Of a stretch of 29,873 bases of DNA, positions 22,868 to 29,873 are shown piece after piece; positions within the stretch are counted from its first letter, which is position 1; the number at the start of each line of letters is the position of its first letter. The position numbers were made by a program, and so were the translations under genes. The notes below the pieces were generated by a model. That model ran no database searches. It had not been told where the DNA came from and saw only the letters and a list, made by a program, of their open reading frames with translations. Origin of the DNA: a virus (Duplodnaviria; Caudoviricetes); IMG/VR virus record IMGVR_UViG_3300042360_000150, positions 1 to 29,873 of that record; one strand, 5' to 3'.

Positions 22868-24906
22868 AGTACTGAATTTTTCATGATTTTGTTGACCTTG
22901 CTTTGTGTGGCTGTTATCTCGGTCTCAGATACCACAGCAGTGACAGTGATGTTCTGACCTTGCTCCATGCCAGTTGGTGATGTGACGTTGTTCGCTGCGT
23001 TGCCTTGGCCGAATAGGTTGCCAGGTACGAATGATGGCACTGATGAGCTGCCTCCACCTCCACCATTTACTGAAGGAGATTGTGGAGCTGAGCCACCACC
23101 TAATGCTTGGAGTGCTTTGGATGTAGCTGCAACGTTCGCTGCAATTCCTATTCCAGTGCTTATGTTGTTTAGTTTAGTTTCTACGGCTGCCAAAGCTGCA
23201 CCACCTGGGATTGCTGCATATTTCGCTATGACAGCTGCGTTCGCTGCCTTATTTGATATAATCATCTTGGCGATTCCGATAGCTGATTCAGCGATAACTG
23301 ATGCTTTCTGAACACCTTTTGATTGCTCAAATAAACTTGCAATCAATTTCACACCTTGAGCAGCTACATCAAGACCTTGCTGTTGTATCGCTCGCTTCTG
23401 CTCTTCCACAGCTGCTGCTGCTGCGATTTGTTGATCGTCAAATTTCTTATTTATATCAGCGAGTTCCTTTCTGCGTTGCTCTTCAAATATCTTGGTATCA
23501 ACTCCGTATCGGTTGGCTTCAGCGATTAGGTTATCATAGTAGTAGGTGCGCTCTTCAATTTCTTTTTGTCGAGCAGTCAGTCCGGATTGATATGCTTGCT
23601 CTTGAATTGCTTCAGCTCTGTCGAGCTCTTCATTTCTGAAATCAGCTAATTGCCTGTCGAGATTCTTTTGTCTCTCAAGTTCAGCATCAGCGGCAGCCTT
23701 ATTGATGACACCAATTTCTGTATTCTTGGCAGCTTCCAAAGCTGTGACATCTTGCTTGTATTTTTTAGCTTCCTTGATGAGAGCATCATATTTAGCCTTG
23801 ATATCATCAATCTCTCTTTGCTGTTGAGTCTTGCCAGAATCAATGACCAGCTTGTTGGCTGCTGCAATCTCTGCTTGAATTGCTGCCTTACCTTCCTTAT
23901 ATTTCTTGGCTGCATCAACTGCTTTAGCTTTAGCTTCCTCTGCTGCTTTCTTATCTTCCTCCGCTTGCTTCTGCTTCTCTTCAGATTGTGCCTTGTTGAG
24001 AATAACCTGACGGTCAACTCGAGCTTGCTTGATGATTGCATTCTCATCTTGCACTTGCTTCTTGAGTCGCTCACGCTCTTCATCTGCGAGCTTGCCCGTT
24101 TTCTTTTTTAAGTCCTTGAGACCTTTTTCTGCTTCTTTTACTCTTAGTTTTGCTTCTCTCTCAGTGACTTTTGTCTTGTTGATTTCAAGTTTTTCAGTGT
24201 CCTTGCCAAGCGACTGAGCAAGTTGAATCTCTTGGTCAATTGATTTTGTTTGCTGCTCAACTCTTTTCTTGGATGATTCAGCAATCTTCTCATTGTTTTT
24301 CTGAACTTTTTCAGCAGCTTCATCAGATGCGGCAGTGCTCAATCCCAACCATTCAGTCAGTTGCTTGAATCCATCGATGAGTGGCTTGAGTGCCGCAGTG
24401 ATGGCATTGAATATCTTATCAAGTACACCAATCTTTTTGAGGAACATAACTACTGCAACCACGATTGCGGTGATGACTGCAACCAATAAGAAGATTGGAT
24501 TCACAAGAATCTGCGCTCCGAGCTTAACAAATGCGCCACCCATTGTTGTGATGGTGCTTGTGAGGCCCTTCATTGATTTGCTGATGTCAGCGGCATTCAA
24601 TCCACCAAGTGACTTGCTGAATACCTTGGCTTTATCAGATGCCTCTTCGAAGTCGAGTGACATCAATGAGTCACGGATGCCACCAAATGAGTTGCTGATT
24701 TGTTCGAATTTCGAACCAGATGCAAACACATTGACAGCATCATTGGCATCCTTAATTTTATCCGCTACCTCACCAGCTCTTTTGGAGAGCATCTCCATTT
24801 GTGCCGGGTCAGATGCTTCAGCAATGGCTGCCTTGAGTGAACGGAGCTCTGCCTTGAGTGATTGAACACCTGAGAGCTTGAGAGGAATTTCTATTTCATT
24901 AGCCAT
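22864..24906 (-). CDS. Tape measure protein
   Basis: 680-aa Ala/Lys/Glu-rich coiled coil, NPIFLLVAVITAIV hydrophobic segment, Gly-rich C-terminus with AVVSETEIT. Confidence 0.85.
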   Translation of the reverse strand: MANEIEIPLKLSGVQSLKAELRSLKAAIAEASDPAQMEMLSKRAGEVADKIKDANDAVNVFASGSKFEQISNSFGGIRDSLMSLDFEEASDKAKVFSKSLGGLNAADISKSMKGLTSTITTMGGAFVKLGAQILVNPIFLLVAVITAIVVAVVMFLKKIGVLDKIFNAITAALKPLIDGFKQLTEWLGLSTAASDEAAEKVQKNNEKIAESSKKRVEQQTKSIDQEIQLAQSLGKDTEKLEINKTKVTEREAKLRVKEAEKGLKDLKKKTGKLADEERERLKKQVQDENAIIKQARVDRQVILNKAQSEEKQKQAEEDKKAAEEAKAKAVDAAKKYKEGKAAIQAEIAAANKLVIDSGKTQQQREIDDIKAKYDALIKEAKKYKQDVTALEAAKNTEIGVINKAAADAELERQKNLDRQLADFRNEELDRAEAIQEQAYQSGLTARQKEIEERTYYYDNLIAEANRYGVDTKIFEEQRRKELADINKKFDDQQIAAAAAVEEQKRAIQQQGLDVAAQGVKLIASLFEQSKGVQKASVIAESAIGIAKMIISNKAANAAVIAKYAAIPGGAALAAVETKLNNISTGIGIAANVAATSKALQALGGGSAPQSPSVNGGGGGSSSVPSFVPGNLFGQGNAANNVTSPTGMEQGQNITVTAVVSETEITATQSKVNKIMKNSVL

Positions 24907-27613
24907 ATATTCTGACTTCTATTGGTGAATTTCTTAATTGTGAATCAGTGTGTGCATGATTCTGTGTTTTGGTTGTGTGCACCACAATGTTGCCATCGCT
25001 GTTGACGTAGGCAGTAGCAATGTAGTCATGTTCTACATTGCCGATTATGACGAAAGTGTTTAGAGCATCGAATGGGCTGATAGGAGTGCCGAGATATTGA
25101 CCAGTGTTGGTGCGAGTCCAGGTGATTACTCCGATGTTCTCAGCCAATACAGAAGCAGTCGGTGCATCAGTTCCGCTCTGCGTTAGTAGTGCCACATAAG
25201 TCTGTGCCACAGCAGCAGCTCCGTTGATTCGAGGCGTGATGATTCCATCCTCCTGGAGTGTTTTGTTGTCACCGATGACCAAGCCACGCAGACCATCACC
25301 GATGTTGTTGCCGGTACCACGCACGATGACATCCATGCCCGAAAGGTTGACATTTGCTTCCACTGATCGTGTGGCAAGATTTGTGTCATGTGATGATGCA
25401 GTGATTGGTGGTGAGACGGGTGTGCCTGGATTCGTTACGAATGGAGCGAGGTCAATCTCAGTGTCGATGCTGATGAGCTCCACCTTGGTTGGCACCTCTG
25501 CATTGGCATCATAGTCGATGACCTTGTTGATGTTCCACCATGAGTTGTCGATGCGGATTTTGTCATTGAGCTTGAGCGTCTGAATGTCAGCCTCTGTCAA
25601 ATGGAAGTAAGCCACCAACATCTTGCCGACATTTATTTGGTTGACTGTCCTTCTCCAATACAGATTGTAGAGGTTGTTCGCAGTCAGTGTGCTCGGTGTG
25701 TAGTAGTAGTAGTCGCACGTTGCGAAGTTGATGTCGAATGTAGGTGTGAGCGCATCATCGAAGTGGCCAATCATCGGATAGGTTGTGATGCCGAGCTCAC
25801 CCGTTGTGCCGTACTCAATGAGGTCCCATGAGCCGCACGTCTGCTCGCCACCATCATACAAGATGCGGATGTTGGTCTTTGGTGCTTCACCATTCAGTGA
25901 TGGCACATAGGCATCGAATGAAGTGGCAACCACTGGAGTCGGTGAGAAGATGAGTTCTTTGGTGTCGGTATCCTTCACATACTCGTTGTCAAAGGTATAC
26001 TCGAGCTGACCATAAATCTCGTCAGTCATCTGTGTGTAGACAACATTCGGTGAATCGGTGTCAGCCTTGTATGTGAGCTTGAGCTTCTTGTTTGAGAGGT
26101 CTGGAAGGAAGATGAGATTCTGCTCTCTGTCCTTCATTAGTTTCTGCGACCAATCCTTCTCTGCTCCGCTGTCATAGTATTCGTCACGATGGCGAAGGAT
26201 AAACTTGTTTGGTTGGTCCACATCTGTGTCAGCGTAGAGGTTGTACATTTGGAAGATAGACTTCACATAGTCGCTCTGCTTGATTTTGAGTGGCACATAT
26301 TGGTTGATATCCAGGATACCACCAATCACTTGGATGTTGGCAGTTGGAAGGATTCGCACTCGAAGGCTGTTGACCTTGAATACTGAGTATACTGGGTCAG
26401 GTGCTGGTGTGTATGGGAAGGTCGTGTTTGTGAACCACGCAGTGAATTGCTGATGCACTCCAATTTGAATCTTGAGCTCATCGGCTGCAAGAATCTCAAG
26501 TGAGCCAGATGCGTTCTGCATTGCAATCACTCCACCCGTTTTGATTCCTGATGCAGCTGGTGTGAAGTTGTGGATGCCTGGAGCAAGTGTGAATTGAGTG
26601 CCTATGATTTGAGTATTGGCAACATTCGACACCTGGTCTTGAAATCCTTCCACGCTCACAGCTATTCTCGGCCTTGCAGTGTATGAGTTGTACATATTGT
26701 ACACATTCACGCTGTTAGTGTTGTCAACATAGAAGTCATAATTGACCTCATATTCAACAGTGTATCCCTCACCAGCTGCCGAGCTCGTGGTGATAGGTAT
26801 GGTGTAGACTCCAGTGCTCGGATTGAATGAGCCTTGCACGTCAGTGATTTCAGTCCATCCGGTGACGTCATCATAAGAGCCGAATGAGTTGGTCAGAGTC
26901 TGTTGCTCGATGCCATTGATGGTTGCCTCAACCAAATAATCAGCTGTGTCGAATGTGTTGCTGTCACCATTGTAAGGGATGAGCAGCTTGTCGAAGCGAG
27001 CCGCAGCCAAGTCACTCCATTGGTATTGAAAGCCAGCAGTGGCGAAGATGCGGTCAAGGTATGTCTTGGCATAGATAGCTGGCTTCATCTGACGGACGTT
27101 GTACAGATTGTCAGTATCGTATGGCAACACATACTTGAAGCCGTCAGTGATCGTGTTGTCAAATGTCGCCACGATGTCAGCAGCCGAGAATGTATGGTTG
27201 AGGTCAGTGAAGTCCAGGTCAGTCAGGTCTTTGTTGGCAATGGCTGTAAAGAATTCCACTCTCGTGTCCTTGATTAGGACCTCATATTCGACAGCTTGCT
27301 CATAGGCATCTGTTTGCTGATTCTTGTTGACCGATAGCAACTGAAGCAGCGCATCCTCCATGATTGGCACGTTGTTCTGAATCACGCTGCACTTTGTGAG
27401 TGCGTTGATATCGAAGGTGCCAGCTTGGATGTTTACATCATAGTAGTGGTTGAGCAGCTCGTTATTATTCTTGCTACCCACCAAGGTGATGGTCTTGGAG
27501 AATGCTCCGCTGCGCTTGGTGAGGTCACGGATGTCCCCGACTGCGAAGTTCAAAGGAAAGACTGTCCCCTCCTTTACATCGAGGAATCCATTCTCAAGTT
27601 GTATTCTAACCAT
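24899..27613 (-). CDS. Tail tip/hub structural protein (904 aa)
   Basis: LD....FPLNF...DIRD..KR...FSKTI.L at the N-terminus, I.Q.D...SI..MYNL, DWS.K; adjacent to the TMP. Confidence 0.7.
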   Translation of the reverse strand: MVRIQLENGFLDVKEGTVFPLNFAVGDIRDLTKRSGAFSKTITLVGSKNNNELLNHYYDVNIQAGTFDINALTKCSVIQNNVPIMEDALLQLLSVNKNQQTDAYEQAVEYEVLIKDTRVEFFTAIANKDLTDLDFTDLNHTFSAADIVATFDNTITDGFKYVLPYDTDNLYNVRQMKPAIYAKTYLDRIFATAGFQYQWSDLAAARFDKLLIPYNGDSNTFDTADYLVEATINGIEQQTLTNSFGSYDDVTGWTEITDVQGSFNPSTGVYTIPITTSSAAGEGYTVEYEVNYDFYVDNTNSVNVYNMYNSYTARPRIAVSVEGFQDQVSNVANTQIIGTQFTLAPGIHNFTPAASGIKTGGVIAMQNASGSLEILAADELKIQIGVHQQFTAWFTNTTFPYTPAPDPVYSVFKVNSLRVRILPTANIQVIGGILDINQYVPLKIKQSDYVKSIFQMYNLYADTDVDQPNKFILRHRDEYYDSGAEKDWSQKLMKDREQNLIFLPDLSNKKLKLTYKADTDSPNVVYTQMTDEIYGQLEYTFDNEYVKDTDTKELIFSPTPVVATSFDAYVPSLNGEAPKTNIRILYDGGEQTCGSWDLIEYGTTGELGITTYPMIGHFDDALTPTFDINFATCDYYYYTPSTLTANNLYNLYWRRTVNQINVGKMLVAYFHLTEADIQTLKLNDKIRIDNSWWNINKVIDYDANAEVPTKVELISIDTEIDLAPFVTNPGTPVSPPITASSHDTNLATRSVEANVNLSGMDVIVRGTGNNIGDGLRGLVIGDNKTLQEDGIITPRINGAAAVAQTYVALLTQSGTDAPTASVLAENIGVITWTRTNTGQYLGTPISPFDALNTFVIIGNVEHDYIATAYVNSDGNIVVHTTKTQNHAHTDSQLRNSPIEVRIYG

Positions 27614-29051
27614 TTACGTTATCCTGGTTTGCGAAGCGCACAGTGATTGAGTGGCGCATCAGATTCTTATTGCGTTGGTTTAGCATCTCGTATGCGTTGT
27701 TTTCCACGATTACGGGCTGATAGCTGCTGCTTGATGGAGTCAAGTCATCACCACAAGTGTAGCTCACCGACTTGATGAACACCTGAGGCGATGTGACAAG
27801 CTCCTCGAAGTAGGTTGCCATCTCTTGGGTCATCCAGTTGGTGTTGAGGTCCATGCGTTTGATGACATTGATGTTGAATGTATTGAAGCCGAAGTCCTCT
27901 GTTGTATAGGTCCACTCGTCTGATGCGTTGACGTAGCCGACCACATCTCTGTTGTACATATCACGGCTAACATCTCCACGCTCGTATGCACGCAGCTGAA
28001 ATGAGAATGATGACCATGAGCCGAGTCGGTCCAGGAATAGCAGCTCATGCTCGCTGATTGATGGACGTCTGTCGAGGTAGATGCGGTACTTGACCGAGTC
28101 TTGCTGTGGTAGCGTTGAGCCGTTGCCAAAGAATACATCGTACCACTCAACAGTGTTGTCGATGAGTGAGCCCGTGCCGACCAATGTGCCGTAGTTGTTC
28201 GGACCAACAGCCACCTGGAGCACGTCATCCATTGAGCTTGGCACCTTGTAGAATGAAGCTCCGTTGCTGTTTTGGAATATGATGCGGTCAGTGCCTTTCG
28301 GATTGCGTAGGTTGAGCCATAGGTCTTGACCGAGTGTGCACTGAAATGATGTCGGTTGATTGGTCAGCCATCTTGAAGTTGGTGCGTTGAGCTTGAAGTC
28401 AAGGTTGTCATATGCTGTCCACTCATCCCATCTGAAAGCTCCATTGAACACAGTGTAATCATCGAGCTCAGTGATGTCTCTAACGATGGTCTTGCGCTTG
28501 TCAGCGTAGCTCACCGAGCCATCGATTGTTGCGCTCGTGATCGTGGACCACAGCACGTTGACAACGAATGCCGAGCCAGTTGCACTGACCACGGTGTGCA
28601 GTCCTTCGAGCTGTGGGTTTGCCACACCACCATCAGCTTGTGTGATGATGACCTGGTCTCCAGCAGCGAATGAGTTGGTCGCGTTTATCTGTACGCTGCC
28701 ACTCGCATTCGTTAAGCTGCTCGTATAGGCTACCTCATAGACATACTCCTCGCCAATGAACACATCATAATTGTAGTATGAATTCGGTGCGCCATAGCTC
28801 GCTGTGTTGATGCTGTCGAGGTCCCAGCTCACTTGATTCTGGAGCAGCTTGGAAAGGTCCTCCTCGCCATAGCCAGTGCCAAAGGTTGGGAGCACTTTGT
28901 ACTCCGCAATCTTGGTTGCAGTGCCAGCAGCATACACATCGAAAATGTAGCGGAAGCCAGCCTTCGCTTTGTTGGTTGAGTCAACGATGAACTTCAATGG
29001 GTTGTACGCTGGGCTGAACGTCTGCGGTGATGCTATGGTTGTTTGTGCCAT
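27606..29051 (-). CDS. Tail/baseplate structural protein (481 aa, distal-tail-like)
   Basis: PAYNP..F, F.Y..DV, FLDR.G.W.SF.F, LNTNW, ELVTSPQV; coupled to the hub gene. Confidence 0.65.
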   Translation of the reverse strand: MAQTTIASPQTFSPAYNPLKFIVDSTNKAKAGFRYIFDVYAAGTATKIAEYKVLPTFGTGYGEEDLSKLLQNQVSWDLDSINTASYGAPNSYYNYDVFIGEEYVYEVAYTSSLTNASGSVQINATNSFAAGDQVIITQADGGVANPQLEGLHTVVSATGSAFVVNVLWSTITSATIDGSVSYADKRKTIVRDITELDDYTVFNGAFRWDEWTAYDNLDFKLNAPTSRWLTNQPTSFQCTLGQDLWLNLRNPKGTDRIIFQNSNGASFYKVPSSMDDVLQVAVGPNNYGTLVGTGSLIDNTVEWYDVFFGNGSTLPQQDSVKYRIYLDRRPSISEHELLFLDRLGSWSSFSFQLRAYERGDVSRDMYNRDVVGYVNASDEWTYTTEDFGFNTFNINVIKRMDLNTNWMTQEMATYFEELVTSPQVFIKSVSYTCGDDLTPSSSSYQPVIVENNAYEMLNQRNKNLMRHSITVRFANQDNVNG

Positions 29052-29300
29052 TTAGAAAGGGCTTGGTGATGGTTTCGGTTTGTACTCAATCAGTTCAAGG
29101 TCTTTCACCCACAACGTCTCAGGATTGGTCGTGTAAAGCATCTCCTCTACTGAGATGACCCAATTATCGTCTATATCTTGAATAGGGTTGTAGATTGAAT
29201 CATCGGAGTAGTAAACTCCGACTAATTCGTCTTTTTGCACCTCAGTCAAAAGTCCGACTAAGGTGGTGATATCTTCGGTTGTGATGTCTGCTAATTTCAT
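29052..29300 (-). CDS. Acidic hypothetical protein coupled to the fibre gene (possible fibre partner/chaperone)
   Basis: 82 aa, ATGA overlap with the fibre stop; GLLT..QKD.L.G..Y..DS.YNPIQD..DNW.IS.EE. Confidence 0.65.
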   Translation of the reverse strand: MKLADITTEDITTLVGLLTEVQKDELVGVYYSDDSIYNPIQDIDDNWVISVEEMLYTTNPETLWVKDLELIEYKPKPSPSPF

Positions 29301-29776
29301 ACTTGTCTTGATAAAGTTGTTTGATATGTTTGTACTGCTGTGTAAAGTGCTGCGGCTTCGGTATCATTTAAGCCGTCTCCGATTGATGCGAATGCAGCTT
29401 GATATGAATTGTAAAAACCTGGTGAAACGCCATCTTCATTTCTTGCCCCAATATATACACTTGAATTTGGCATTGCAGTTATTGAAGTAGTATTAGAGGC
29501 AATATTTGATGTGTTTTTAAATACTTTAAACGCATTAGTTGCAATTCGTGTTGCAGTAAACAAACCTTGAGTATTAGTTGCCGTATATGTAGCAGTTGAT
29601 GTAGCTTGACCGATGCAACCATTTGCTGAAGTGTAGTTATGTTGAAATAAAGTTGAATTATTAACAGTATAACTTCCATCTAATTTGAAATTAACCAAAT
29701 CATTTGTGCGGTTGTATTTAGAGAAGTGAGCGGATGACGTTGTCAAAACTGACGAAGGAATGATTTTCGTATCAGC
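29297..29776 (-). CDS. 3' part of the ~710-aa head spike/fibre protein
   Basis: In-frame continuation across the junction. Ends AFASIGDGLNDTEAAALYTAVQTYQTTLSRQV, matching AFAHIADGLTDTEAANLYTRVQTFNQALGRQV in copy 1. Confidence 0.8.
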   Translation of the reverse strand, partial: ADTKIIPSSVLTTSSAHFSKYNRTNDLVNFKLDGSYTVNNSTLFQHNYTSANGCIGQATSTATYTATNTQGLFTATRIATNAFKVFKNTSNIASNTTSITAMPNSSVYIGARNEDGVSPGFYNSYQAAFASIGDGLNDTEAAALYTAVQTYQTTLSRQV

Positions 29777-29873
29777 ATACCCATTCGTCCCATTCGGTGT
29801 TGCTCCATTTGAGCTATGTGTCCACCCACCATTAAACACCAAGCGATACGCAGCGTCAAGGTCTCTCGGGTCT
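29777..29873. repeat. Terminal direct repeat, right copy
   Basis: Identical to 1-97. Confidence 0.97.

Noticed and set aside
1-29873. Stop-codon reassignment, tRNA genes, lysogeny module
   Set aside because: Genes tile the genome in the standard code using TAA, TGA and TAG stops. I found no tRNA cloverleaf in the short gaps and no integrase or CI/Cro pair.

Overview
The window is a complete, circularly assembled ~29.8 kb tailed-phage genome: 1-97 is identical to 29777-29873, so the unit length is 29,776 bp. The host is almost certainly Bacteroidota, given TAnnTTTG-type promoters, A-rich Shine-Dalgarno-less leaders, a DUF3127-like SSB and a BT4734-type primase. Nearly all genes are on the minus strand. 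The early/replication block (13066 down to ~5280) has a DnaA-domain-IV-like protein, an iteron region, a primase-helicase, VRR-NUC, Erf, a YqaJ exonuclease and an SSB. A middle block carries an ECF-like sigma factor, TerS and TerL. The virion block is unusually ordered: putative head spike base and 710-aa fibre (crossing the contig junction), tail tip, TMP, tail terminator/completion, protease-scaffold, MCP, tail tube, portal and connector. Lysis genes follow (holin, amidase, u-spanin-like). I saw no integrase, DNA polymerase, reverse transcriptase, methyltransferase, tRNA or CRISPR array. Most notable: (1) four copies of a bipartite AACA-N12/13-TTGCAATATAA motif 2-9 nt before the first gene of each virion operon, matching a phage-encoded ECF-like sigma; (2) a divergently transcribed short/long paralog pair that may replace the G/GT chaperone frameshift; (3) a fibre gene built from GC-balanced conserved frames and AT-rich variable cassettes; (4) an array of 6-bp-spacer palindromes in the main non-coding region. 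Product calls come from motif recognition by eye, not database searches.
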